Shown: positions 26,274-35,260, counted from the first letter of the stretch. The stretch: 38,001 nucleotides of DNA from Clostridiaceae bacterium (GCA_016290515.1 JAEEUJ010000001.1:1-38001), one strand, 5' to 3'. Translations and numbers: made by a program. The notes: generated by a model not told the origin, from the sequence alone.

Positions 26274-27962
26274 TTATACGATAACACGGGCGATTTCCTC
26301 GAGTGAGGTTCTGCCTTGCATTACCTTATAAATACCCTCGTCCTTCAGGGTATGCATACCCTGCTTGATAGCAAGCTCCTTAACCTCGGCAACAGTAGCG
26401 CGGTCAAGGATGAGACGCTTCATTTCCTCGGAAACCGTAAGGAATTCGAAAACGGCTTCTCTGCCCTTATAACCCGTATGGTTGCAGGTTATACAGCCCT
26501 TAGCTCTGTAGAGTGTGAATTCCTCGTCGGGATACTCCTCGGTATTGAGGTCGGGAATAATCTTGAGAAGGTCTTCCCTGGAAATTTTATATTCCTCCTT
26601 GCACTTGGGGCACAGACGTCTGACAAGACGCTGAGCAAGCACGCCGACAAGCGAGGATGCCGTCAGGAAGGGCTCAACGCCCATTTCGTCAAGACGGGTA
26701 ACCGCACCGGGTGCGTCGTTTGTATGCAGGGTGGAAAGAACCATATGTCCTGTAAGAGCCGCTTCGATAGCGATTTTAGCAGTCTCAGCGTCACGGATTT
26801 CACCGACCATGACGATATCGGGGTCGGAACGGAGAACCGAACGAAGAGCAGCTGCGAAGGTCATACCTGCACGGTTGTTCATCTGAACCTGGTTAATACC
26901 GGACATACGGCGCTCAACGGGGTCCTCAAGTGTAATTGTATTGGTTTCAAGACGGCTTATCTCGTCAAGAACGGCGTAAAGCGTCGTCGACTTACCCGAA
27001 CCGGTAGGTCCGGTAACGAGAACGAAGCCGTAAGGCATATGAATAGCCTTCTGGAATCTGTCAAACTGTCTCTCTGAGAAGTGTAAGTCCTTAAGCTTGA
27101 CAACGCCCTGGCTTCTTTCAAGAAGACGGAGAACTATTTTCTCACCGAAAACAGTGGGCATTGTAGCAATACGCAAGTCAAGTACGCGGTCCTCATATCT
27201 TACGGTAGCACGGCCGTCCTGAGGAATACGCTTTTCGGCGATGTCCATACCGCCGATAACCTTGACACGGGAAACTATGGACGGGAAAAGTCTGATGTTG
27301 TTCTGCAAAATTTCCTGCAAAACGCCGTCGATTCTGAAACGGACTCTCATGTACTTCTCAAGAGCCTCTATATGTACGTCCGATGCGCCCATCTTGATAG
27401 CGTTGTTGATAACCTGATTAACCAGCATAACCGCCGGTTTATCGTCAAGGTCAAGCTCCTCGCTGCCGTTTTGCTCTATGAGTGCGTCATCTTCGTCGTC
27501 AAACGCTTCCATGCTGCTCATATTTGAGAAATTCTCAATAGCGGCAGCAAGCTCCATATCGGGAACGACAACCGGGCATATCTCCATACCTGTCATAAGG
27601 CGGAGATTGTCGATGGTGATAATGTCGTTGGGATTCTTCATCGCAACGTACAGTGTCTTTTCGTCCTTGTAAAGAGGAAGAACGTTGTTGCGCAAAGCCA
27701 TCTCGGGAGTTATGTAATTTGCAACCTCGGCGTTGAAGCCTATTTCGTTAATGGACACATACTTATAGCCTGTCTTTTTAGCAAGGACCTTGGCTATTTC
27801 GTCCTCAGTACAGTAACCCAACTGAGTAAGTATGGTACCCAAGAGGCTTTTACTTGTCTTTTGTATTTCCAGAGCTTCGGCAAGCTGATCCTCTGTGATA
27901 ATGCCCGCTTCGACAAGTCTGTAACCCAGACTGCCCGGAATTACTACGTTTGAATTCAACAT
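26274..27962 (-). CDS. pilB: Type IV pilus assembly (extension) ATPase PilB / GspE family
   Basis: It has an N-terminal T2SSE_N-like domain. Walker A is GPTGSGKSTT, Walker B is DPDIVMVGEIRD and the His box is GHMVLSTLHTN. A tetracysteine motif is present (CPKC...CITC). Confidence 0.93.
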   Translation of the reverse strand: MLNSNVVIPGSLGYRLVEAGIITEDQLAEALEIQKTSKSLLGTILTQLGYCTEDEIAKVLAKKTGYKYVSINEIGFNAEVANYITPEMALRNNVLPLYKDEKTLYVAMKNPNDIITIDNLRLMTGMEICPVVVPDMELAAAIENFSNMSSMEAFDDEDDALIEQNGSEELDLDDKPAVMLVNQVINNAIKMGASDVHIEALEKYMRVRFRIDGVLQEILQNNIRLFPSIVSRVKVIGGMDIAEKRIPQDGRATVRYEDRVLDLRIATMPTVFGEKIVLRLLERSQGVVKLKDLHFSERQFDRFQKAIHMPYGFVLVTGPTGSGKSTTLYAVLDEISRLETNTITLEDPVERRMSGINQVQMNNRAGMTFAAALRSVLRSDPDIVMVGEIRDAETAKIAIEAALTGHMVLSTLHTNDAPGAVTRLDEMGVEPFLTASSLVGVLAQRLVRRLCPKCKEEYKISREDLLKIIPDLNTEEYPDEEFTLYRAKGCITCNHTGYKGREAVFEFLTVSEEMKRLILDRATVAEVKELAIKQGMHTLKDEGIYKVMQGRTSLEEIARVIV

Positions 27963-28002
27963 CTATATAATCTCCCTATAGTGGTTTGTGCTGATAAATC
28001 AA

Positions 28003-28593
28003 TTATTTTGAAAAGAACACAATCACGATTTCGGCGGTCTTTTCTGTACTGGTTCCGCCGGTCATTCTGATGGTATCAATTCTCTTGATTTTAGTATCGC
28101 TGGTAATATCTCTGCAGAAGCTCATAATGTCTCTGAAGTCGCCGCTGATTTTCAAATTAACAACCATCTGGTTAACAAATCCGTTGTTAGACTCTTCACC
28201 GAAAGTAATCTCGCTGAGATTGCAATTGTGCGCCTCAACATTGTTCTCCAGAGCTATCATCATTTCGAGCTGATCGAAGCCTTCGTCGGAAATCATCTCG
28301 TCATAAGCTTCCTTCTGCGCGGAATATTCACCGCTTTTTGCCTGAAGTGCTTTAAGATTGGCTATCTTGTTCTGATTTTCAACTATCTGAGCCTTTACCG
28401 TATCGATTCTGGTACGGGTTTCTTCGATTTTACCGTTATTGTAAACAATCAAAGCGATAAGAGCTATACAGGCGATAGCGATTATAGCGATTACTATTCT
28501 GACGTCGTCAAAAATCTTGGCGGCGGAAAACTGCTTCTTTTCCTTAGCTTCGTTTGTAACTTCTCTTTTTTTAATTACATCGCTCAATGCCAT
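28003..28593 (-). CDS. pilO: PilO-like pilus alignment protein
   Basis: 196 aa with a short cytoplasmic N-terminus, one TM helix (IVIAIIAIACIALIALIV), a coiled coil and a small C-terminal globular part. It sits directly after the pilM and pilN genes. Confidence 0.6.
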   Translation of the reverse strand: MALSDVIKKREVTNEAKEKKQFSAAKIFDDVRIVIAIIAIACIALIALIVYNNGKIEETRTRIDTVKAQIVENQNKIANLKALQAKSGEYSAQKEAYDEMISDEGFDQLEMMIALENNVEAHNCNLSEITFGEESNNGFVNQMVVNLKISGDFRDIMSFCRDITSDTKIKRIDTIRMTGGTSTEKTAEIVIVFFSK

Positions 28594-28605
28594 AATCCTA
28601 CCTCC

Positions 28606-29298
28606 TTATTCAGCGCTCGCAGTGGTGGCCTCAGCGGTAACTGCAGTTGTTGCAACCTCGCCGCTCTCATTGGTAACAGCTTCGCCGTTTTCGTTGGTAA
28701 CGGTTACATACTGCGGAGCCTGCTCAGCAGGTGCAATAGCGTTCTGAGTGCTCAGAACAAGCGTAAAGTTAACTGACTTGTTGTGATTCGAGGAACTCTG
28801 TCTCTGAATGTTTGTAATCTCAACGCCCTTAACGATTTCCTGCATTTCCTCAGTCTTGAAGAGTGCCTCATAGTCCTTCATATCCTGATAATCCTGAACG
28901 GTACAGTTGAGCGTGCAAACACCGCTGTTAAACCATTCTTCGATATCAATCTCATTAATCTGAACGTAATCGGGAGTCTTATTGACGACGGTTGTAAAGA
29001 AATCAACAGACTCGCCGTCAGACGGTAAAATGCTCGAAATCATCTGTCTGGAAGAAATCAGGCTGTCGTAAATGCCTTGGTATTCCTGCAATGCCGGGAA
29101 TTCGCTTTCCAGTCTGGAGTTCTCTCTCTCCAGCTTTTTAAGCTTTGATTCGAGCACAGCGTTCTTGATGGCAAAACCGCCGTAAACAATAAACAGACAA
29201 ATAAGAATAACTGCTGCGAACCTGGAGACTATGTCAACCTTATCTCTGCTTTGCAGATGACGCCTGTAACTGTCAGGCAATAAACTTACTTTGAACAC
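28606..29298 (-). CDS. pilN: PilN-like pilus alignment protein
   Basis: The start is a GTG, 8 nt after GGAGG, and it abuts the pilM stop. The N-terminal KVSLLPDSYRR matches the INLLP-type PilM-binding motif. One TM helix and a coiled coil follow. The C-terminal tail is rich in Thr, Ala and Glu. Confidence 0.68.
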   Translation of the reverse strand: MFKVSLLPDSYRRHLQSRDKVDIVSRFAAVILICLFIVYGGFAIKNAVLESKLKKLERENSRLESEFPALQEYQGIYDSLISSRQMISSILPSDGESVDFFTTVVNKTPDYVQINEIDIEEWFNSGVCTLNCTVQDYQDMKDYEALFKTEEMQEIVKGVEITNIQRQSSSNHNKSVNFTLVLSTQNAIAPAEQAPQYVTVTNENGEAVTNESGEVATTAVTAEATTASAE

Positions 29299-30288
29299 TT
29301 ACTTTACCTCCATTGCCGCGATTGCAAGGCCTATGCAGCCTGCAAATTCGTTAATAACCTTCTGATCAAGTCCGAAATTGTTTGCCTTATAGAAATCGGG
29401 AACAATAACCGGAATTGTTGAAACTATGTCCTTCATCTTGTTTGCAAGTTCGTCATTCTCGGACAGAGTAGACAGGAGGAAGATTTTTTCAATAGGCGAA
29501 TCGCTGTTCTGCATAGAATAGTAGCTTACCGAAGACGAGGTTTCCTGCGCAAGCATAGCTCCTACCTCTTCGATATCCTCTGCTCTCTTGGCAGCGTCGT
29601 CATAGGAGCCTGCGAACAGTCTTTCGACATTCTCCTCAACTCTTTCGGGAATCTGAATTGAACGGACCATTGAAATCTCGTTGCCTTTGATAATAAGGAA
29701 GTTAAGCAAATCCTCGGTTATGTTAAGAACCGCATATTTCTCTTCGCCGACAACGCTGGACTGAAGACCTCTGCACAGCGAAAGAACGCTTGCATCTACA
29801 TCAACAACCAGAAACTTTGATGCGGAAAGAGTGTTTATATACTGCTCTATCATATTCCTTCTCGCAGCTACAAGCATAACATTTGTTACTGCCTGATCCT
29901 CGTCATTTTTACCTTCGCTGGCAATAACATAGTCCAATTCCAGTTCCTGTACGGGAATCGGAATGAATTCCTGAGCCTGCAAGAGAACCATATTGCGAAG
30001 CTTATCTTCGGCAACCTGAGGAAACGTTGCATATCTCATAACGACGTTTTCGTTATTAAAGCCGAGAACGATTTTTACCGACTTGAAACCGCCGTTAGTG
30101 ATAAGCTCGGTAAGAGCAATGTTGAATTTGTCGGCATCTCTTATAAAACCTTCTTCAATTACTCCCTCGGGAAGCGGAATCTTACCGCAGGCGAGTACCG
30201 AGTACTCACCGTTTATACGGCTTACCTCGACCGCTCTTATTTCCCTGGAGCTGACCTCAAGTCCGATTCTGCTTTTAATCTTTGCCAT
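29299..30288 (-). CDS. pilM: PilM, actin-like ATPase of the T4P alignment complex
   Basis: 329 aa with an N-terminal GLEVSSREIRAVEV phosphate-1-like motif. Its size and position immediately upstream of the pilN-like gene support the call. Confidence 0.82.
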   Translation of the reverse strand: MAKIKSRIGLEVSSREIRAVEVSRINGEYSVLACGKIPLPEGVIEEGFIRDADKFNIALTELITNGGFKSVKIVLGFNNENVVMRYATFPQVAEDKLRNMVLLQAQEFIPIPVQELELDYVIASEGKNDEDQAVTNVMLVAARRNMIEQYINTLSASKFLVVDVDASVLSLCRGLQSSVVGEEKYAVLNITEDLLNFLIIKGNEISMVRSIQIPERVEENVERLFAGSYDDAAKRAEDIEEVGAMLAQETSSSVSYYSMQNSDSPIEKIFLLSTLSENDELANKMKDIVSTIPVIVPDFYKANNFGLDQKVINEFAGCIGLAIAAMEVK

Positions 30289-30305
30289 AATAATCTTCTC
30301 CTGTA

Positions 30306-31511
30306 TTAATAGCCTTCAACGTTTGTGGATGCCGTGAATATCGGCAGATAAAGAGCTATGATCATCGCACCGACAATACCGCCGATGCCGATAAGCGCGA
30401 TAGGCTCAATCATAGCCTTAAGGTTTCTGGAAAGCGTCTCAACATCCTCTTCGTAAAACTCCGCGACCTTATCAAGCAACTCGGGAAGCGTACCTGCCTC
30501 CTCACCGATGGCTATCATACCGGTAACCATGGGCGGGAAAAGTCCGCTCTTATCAAGCGAATCGGATATTGATTTACCTTCCTCGATATCGCTGATAGCG
30601 TCCTCAACTGCTTTTGCAATAAGGTCCGAACCCGAGGTGGGGCCTGCGGACTTAAGAGCTTCAACCGCCGTAACACCGCCGGCAAGAAGAGTTGCCAGAG
30701 TACGGCAGAAACGCGCGATAGTCTGCTTGGTCATAAGCTCGCCTATAAGCGGAGCGTGAAGCTTGTGCTGCTCCCAGAGTTTGTGCATCGGGGGGCTCTT
30801 GGCAATGAAGTAAACTACCGTAACAAAAGCCGCAATTGTTCCGAACCAGATGTACCAACGGCTTCTCAAAAAGCCGGAAGCGTCGAAGATGAACTGTGTC
30901 AGTCCGTTAAGCTCAGTAGTTTCGGGAATCATATTCTTGAATATCGGTACCATGAATGCAAGCATCGCATGCAAAAGAACAAGCGCGAAAATACCGATTG
31001 ATCTCGGGTAGGAAATGGCTGACTTGATGTTGTCCTGCAATGCCTTCTGCTTCTGAAGCTGGGTAGCAAGGGAGTTCAGCGTCTGTTCCAGAATACCGCC
31101 GACCTCGCCGGCTGCAATCATGGCAACGAACAGACCGTTGAAAATCTTGGGAAACTGCCCGAAAGCATCCGAAAGGGGCATACCGCCTTCAACGTCGTCC
31201 TTGATCTTATCTATCGCAGAAGCAAGCGAAGCGTTGGTGGTCTGCTTTCCCAGAGTGTCAAGCGCTCTTGTAATCGGAACGCCGGCAGACATCATGGTAG
31301 CCATCTGTCTTGCGAAAACGGCAACGTCCTCGATTTTAACCTTCTTGCCGCCCGCCTTCTTCTTTTCGTTTATCTGTTTTTCTTTAATGTCTGTAACAAT
31401 AATGCCGGCTTCACGGAGTTTATCCATTGCCTCGGACGAACTGCCCGCTACAACTTCGCCGTGAACGTTCTGGCCCTGTTTGTTCAGACCGTCATATGTA
31501 AAGGATGCCAA
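30306..31511 (-). CDS. pilC: PilC / GspF-family inner-membrane platform protein
   Basis: 401 aa with two T2SSF-type repeats, each a cytoplasmic helical domain followed by TM segments. The N-terminus FTYDGLNKQGQNVHGEVVAGSSSEAMDKLREAGI is typical of PilC. The start is a TTG, 8 nt after GGGAG. Confidence 0.9.
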   Translation of the reverse strand: MASFTYDGLNKQGQNVHGEVVAGSSSEAMDKLREAGIIVTDIKEKQINEKKKAGGKKVKIEDVAVFARQMATMMSAGVPITRALDTLGKQTTNASLASAIDKIKDDVEGGMPLSDAFGQFPKIFNGLFVAMIAAGEVGGILEQTLNSLATQLQKQKALQDNIKSAISYPRSIGIFALVLLHAMLAFMVPIFKNMIPETTELNGLTQFIFDASGFLRSRWYIWFGTIAAFVTVVYFIAKSPPMHKLWEQHKLHAPLIGELMTKQTIARFCRTLATLLAGGVTAVEALKSAGPTSGSDLIAKAVEDAISDIEEGKSISDSLDKSGLFPPMVTGMIAIGEEAGTLPELLDKVAEFYEEDVETLSRNLKAMIEPIALIGIGGIVGAMIIALYLPIFTASTNVEGY

Positions 31512-31539
31512 GCTTTTTGCTCCCTTCTCTTATAATCTC

Positions 31540-32640
31540 TTAAAATCCGGCGGACATAAGCAGTCTTCTGACTTCCTTCTCGTCAACGCAGAACTCGATA
31601 ACGGACTCCTTTGAAATCTTCTGCTCTCTGTAAAGCTTAAGAAGAGCCTGGTCCATAGTCTGCATACCCTGCATCTGACCGGTCTGCATCGCCGCATAGA
31701 GCTGATGCTCTTTTTCCTCACGGATAAGGTTCTTAACCGAGGGAGTATCAATCATATATTCAACCGCAACGCATCTGCCCTTGCCGTTAATGGTGGGAAT
31801 GAGCTGCTGAGAAATAACCGCCTTAAGCGTGTTTGAAAGCTGCTGACGTATCTGTCCTTTCTGTCCTTCCGGGAAGGAGTCAATAATTCTCGATACGGTC
31901 ATGGGCGCAGTCTGGGTGTGAAGCGTTGAGAAAACAAGGTGTCCAGTCTCAGCCGCGGTAACGGCAATAGAGATACTTTCCGGGTCTCTCATTTCGCCTA
32001 TCATTATCGTGTCGGGGTCGTGACGCAGCGCAGTCTTAAGCGCATTTGCGAAGCTGTGCGTATCCGTACCGACCTCTCTCTGACGAACCGTTGACTTGAT
32101 ATGGGTGTGTGTAAACTCAATAGGATCCTCAACGGTTACGATATTGGTCTCATATCTCTGGTTAATGTATTTGATCATCGCGGCAAGCGTTGTTGATTTA
32201 CCGCTGCCGGTGGGTCCGGTAACAAGCACCAGACCTCTGGGAAGGTTACAGAGTCTTTTGACATCGGCGGGAAGACCTAACTTGTCAAGATCCGGGACCT
32301 CAAACGGGATTGCTCTGAAAACGGCCGCAAGCGAACCTCTCTGAATGATAACGTTGCCTCTGAAACGTGCGCAGTCGGGGACAGACACAGCAAGGTCCAG
32401 CTCCCAATTCTCCTCAATTTTTTCCCTCTGAGCATCCGACATAATGCTCAAAAGCATTACCTCGACGTCCTCGGGCTTGAGCTTAGGCAGCTGTTCCTGT
32501 CGCTTCAGGTCACCGTTTATTCTTATACAAGGCTCTATTCCGACAACCAGATGAAGGTCGGAACCGCCCATTTCATACGTCATCCTCAGAAGGTCATGCA
32601 ACGTATGAGGATAACTGCTTTGTTTACCGCTGAAAATCAA
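31540..32640 (-). CDS. pilT: PilT retraction ATPase (twitching motility protein)
   Basis: It has GGSDLHL near the N-terminus. Walker A is GPTGSGKSTT, Walker B is DPDTIMIGEMRD and the His box is GHLVFSTLHT. The PilT-specific SVKNLIREEK motif (AIRNLIRE type) is present. The start is uncertain: a TTG at 32640 with a weak SD. Confidence 0.9.
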   Translation of the reverse strand: MIFSGKQSSYPHTLHDLLRMTYEMGGSDLHLVVGIEPCIRINGDLKRQEQLPKLKPEDVEVMLLSIMSDAQREKIEENWELDLAVSVPDCARFRGNVIIQRGSLAAVFRAIPFEVPDLDKLGLPADVKRLCNLPRGLVLVTGPTGSGKSTTLAAMIKYINQRYETNIVTVEDPIEFTHTHIKSTVRQREVGTDTHSFANALKTALRHDPDTIMIGEMRDPESISIAVTAAETGHLVFSTLHTQTAPMTVSRIIDSFPEGQKGQIRQQLSNTLKAVISQQLIPTINGKGRCVAVEYMIDTPSVKNLIREEKEHQLYAAMQTGQMQGMQTMDQALLKLYREQKISKESVIEFCVDEKEVRRLLMSAGF

Positions 32641-32690
32641 TTCTTCTGCAACTCCAAACTAATGAGATATTATTTATAAAAGCCACTATA

Positions 32691-32717
32691 GGGTGCAGGC
32701 TTTTTGAGTCTGCACCC
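32691..32717 (-). other. Stem-loop between the PilQ-N-like gene and pilT; possible partial terminator or attenuator
   Basis: The minus strand reads gggtgcag-actcaaaaagc-ctgcaccc followed by TATAGTGGCTTTTATAAA. The U-tract is displaced from the stem and weak. Confidence 0.35.
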
Positions 32718-32729
32718 GTATATTATTTA

Positions 32730-34496
32730 TCAGTTACCTGTATCCAATTCGTTGAGCAACGCCTTTATGTACTCTGCCGTTTCTGCCGTGCCTCTGACAT
32801 AGGTGGTACAATAAATCGTTCCGCCCGTTCTGTCGGTTGTAGTAACGAACTTGAACTCGGCAGATGCCGGAATCTCCGGATGAACCTCACGCAGAGCTTC
32901 AATTCTGCCGGAACCTACAGCCTCGCTGGCAGCAACCTCAATTGCTCTGTACTCGCTCTCAGACGAGGAAGCAACGTCGAGGGAAGCCAACAAGCTCTTG
33001 ATCTGATCCTGTCTTGAAGGCTCACAGTAAACCATCAACGACTTGGAAACAGTCGGATAAGAATTGGTCTTGAATGTTACGTCGCCGAGGTCGATATTCT
33101 GCAATCTGTCAAGCATTTCCTGAGCAGTGCAGTTTTCAAGGTCATAGACGAAGCACTGATTCTCAAGCTTCTGGCTGTCGGCATAATCCTCGGTGTCGAA
33201 TTCCTTGATCTTGTTCTCAGCCTTGTTAACCTCATCTTCGGTACCCATAAGCCAGATCTTCTTGGTCATCTTTTCGGGACCGTAAACGGTAACGCTGTAG
33301 GGGAAGCTGTTAACAATATCAACTGCCGTAGCTCTGTCGATATATGTGAGTGAAATCTCACGGAGAATCTGGCTGTTGTTTGTCGACGGGGTTGTCGAGC
33401 TGCTGTCAGAGCTTGACGAGCTGCTTGAACTGCTGCTCGAGCTGCTCGAACTGCTGCTTGAATCGCTGTTTGAGCCGCTGTTTGAACCGCCGTTTACGCT
33501 TTCGTCGTTAACGGAGCCGCTGTTGGCAGCTTCAAGATTCTTTCCGGTCAGCGGCTTATCAACGATAGCTTTGATCTTCTGAATATCCGCAAAGGCTGCG
33601 CCTGTTGCAAATGTATATAAAGTGTACGGTCTTGATGCAAGGACAATGCCCGTCTCCAGTCCGAGGTTTCCTAAGAGTCCGGAGAATTCGGTAGCATCTA
33701 TATAGGTAAGATCAATGTATTTGAAGTTCTCGGGTACAAGCGTGCCGCCCGCAGTGATGTTTGAGCTGACATCAAGAATCTTGATGAGTTCCTGAATCTT
33801 TGCGAGCTCCTTAGGATAAGCACTTATATATACAGTGCTGTCATCCTGTTCAAGAAGAACATACTGAACATTCTCAAGGCCGAGAGCCGAAGCCTGACTC
33901 TGCAAAACGCTTACCGGAATGTAGTTGAGCGTAAACTTATGCATAACAACCTTATCGATGAACTTGCTGTTAATCTGATCAGCCGTTCCGACAATCAGAG
34001 TATTGCCGTCCTTAATGAATGAAAGGTCAGCAAGTCTTGTTATGTAGTCAACCGCCTTAAGAGCAGATACCTGTTCAAGCTTGAGCGTAACGGTAGCGTT
34101 GCTGTTGCCGACGAAGATTATGGTATAACCCGCGTTAAGAGCAACCGCAGAAAGCGCATCCTGAACGTTGGCATCCTCAAGTTCAAGCGAGATGGTCGTC
34201 GATGACCAGCCGTTTGCACTCGGAGAATCGGCGCTCAACGGAACCTTAATAACATTGCCCGCGTATATAAGATCCGCGTTCTTGATGTTATTGGCAGCCA
34301 TAATGTCACTGATTGAAACACCGAAGCTGCTTGAGATTCTCGTCAGCGTATCGCCGTACTTGATTACATAGTACTGATACTCACCGTCGTATGAGCTCTT
34401 TCCGAGTACGTTCATCGGAAGGGCAATAACTACGAGCATGGCAAGTGCCAGAACTGCAATCACTGCTGACTTTGTCTTTTTTCTTAAACCGTACAT
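32730..34496 (-). CDS. LysM-domain protein with a secretin N0(STN)-like domain and ~5 Secretin_N(N1)-like repeats, with no secretin pore domain
   Basis: It has a signal/anchor helix and the LysM motif YVIKYGDTLTRISSSFGVSISDIMAANNI...GNVIKVP. The N0-like segment is ISLELEDANVQDALSAVALNAGYTIIFVG..ATVTLKLEQVSALKAVDYITRLADLSFIKDGNTLIVGT. The repeats end in KIQELIKILD, IQKIKAIVD, ENKIKEFD, IKSLLASLD and IKALLNELD. A Ser-rich linker splits the repeats. The protein ends right after the last repeat. Confidence 0.65.
   Translation of the reverse strand: MYGLRKKTKSAVIAVLALAMLVVIALPMNVLGKSSYDGEYQYYVIKYGDTLTRISSSFGVSISDIMAANNIKNADLIYAGNVIKVPLSADSPSANGWSSTTISLELEDANVQDALSAVALNAGYTIIFVGNSNATVTLKLEQVSALKAVDYITRLADLSFIKDGNTLIVGTADQINSKFIDKVVMHKFTLNYIPVSVLQSQASALGLENVQYVLLEQDDSTVYISAYPKELAKIQELIKILDVSSNITAGGTLVPENFKYIDLTYIDATEFSGLLGNLGLETGIVLASRPYTLYTFATGAAFADIQKIKAIVDKPLTGKNLEAANSGSVNDESVNGGSNSGSNSDSSSSSSSSSSSSSSSSSSDSSSTTPSTNNSQILREISLTYIDRATAVDIVNSFPYSVTVYGPEKMTKKIWLMGTEDEVNKAENKIKEFDTEDYADSQKLENQCFVYDLENCTAQEMLDRLQNIDLGDVTFKTNSYPTVSKSLMVYCEPSRQDQIKSLLASLDVASSSESEYRAIEVAASEAVGSGRIEALREVHPEIPASAEFKFVTTTDRTGGTIYCTTYVRGTAETAEYIKALLNELDTGN
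33372..33524 (-). repeat. Low-complexity coding tract: a Ser/Asn/Gly/Asp linker containing 18 consecutive Ser (33408-33461)
   Basis: It translates to NSGSVNDESVNGGSNSGSNSD-S18-DSSSTTPSTNNS. The Ser run uses mixed codons (AGC, TCA, TCG, AGT, TCT) rather than one repeated codon. Confidence 0.85.
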
Positions 34497-34545
34497 GATT
34501 TGTCCCCCTAAGTAAATCTTAGTTTTTGATGTATAGTAATATGAA

Positions 34546-35058
34546 TTATTTGCTTATTGTTCGCGTTTTATCTCCCATGGTAACGGTAACCGTATCGCCG
34601 TCAATTGACTCAACGTACCATTCCGATGAGCCGACATAATCTCCGACCTGAACGGTAAAGCCGTTCTTGTTGTCCTTCGTAGCTATCGTCGCTGTCCAGT
34701 AACCGCCGAAATTGTAAATCATTCCGGTTACACGGGCATTGGCCAGCACATCCTCCTCAAAGGGGTCCGCGCCGTCCGCAATAGTCTCAGGCTCGCCTCT
34801 TTCAAGCTGAGGCAAAACCGCGACCTCCTGTCCCTGAACAGAAACCGGCTCGGGAATGTCCGTATCGGGATTGTTCAGCATGATTACCATAATCATAACA
34901 ACCAACGAAATAAGGACCGCAACTGCAGGTAAAATATATTTCATCTGAGGATTCTTTTCAAAAAAGGCATTGAGCTGTCCGCCTTTTCTGGCGTCCTTCT
35001 TTCCTCCGCCCAATTTAATGTTTTTGAACAGATCCTTAATGTCCATATTTTTATCCAT
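34546..35058 (-). CDS. PilP-like single-pass membrane protein (PilP/GspC-HR-type C-terminal beta domain)
   Basis: 170 aa with one TM helix (MKYILPAVAVLISLVVMIMVIML) and an acidic linker. The C-terminal segment is DPFEEDVLANARVTGMIYNFGGYWTATIATKDNKNGFTVQVGDYVGSSEWYVESIDGDTVTVTMGD, which matches the L..G.......A.I.....V..GD.VG...V..I....V pattern. It is the first gene of the pil operon, with SD GGAGG. Confidence 0.45.
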   Translation of the reverse strand: MDKNMDIKDLFKNIKLGGGKKDARKGGQLNAFFEKNPQMKYILPAVAVLISLVVMIMVIMLNNPDTDIPEPVSVQGQEVAVLPQLERGEPETIADGADPFEEDVLANARVTGMIYNFGGYWTATIATKDNKNGFTVQVGDYVGSSEWYVESIDGDTVTVTMGDKTRTISK

Positions 35059-35167
35059 TAACGCAAACCTCCGTAATGTAAAATAGTCTTAAAAACCGCT
35101 TTGAAAGATTAGGGTATAAAGCCCATTTACTTAAAAAAGGGTGCACTTATACACATATTTACAGTTT

Positions 35168-35196
35168 ATTTTATAATAAATTTAAGTCGTAGTCAA
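35168..35196 (-). promoter_or_regulatory. Sigma-70-type promoter of the pil machinery operon
   Basis: The minus strand reads TTGACT (35191-35196), a 17-nt spacer, then TAAAAT (35168-35173). It lies in an AT-rich gap about 110 nt upstream of the first ATG (35058). Confidence 0.55.
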
Positions 35197-35260
35197 TAAA
35201 AATTTTCTATTTAATCAAAAAAAGTTATTTTTTAACTACGTTTTTGGGTTATTTTGACAA

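Noticed and set aside
32730-34496. Calling this gene pilQ (secretin).
   Set aside because: Only N0/N1-like repeats are visible. No C-terminal secretin beta-barrel region exists, and the ORF ends immediately after the last repeat. I therefore describe it as secretin-N-domain-like rather than as a secretin.
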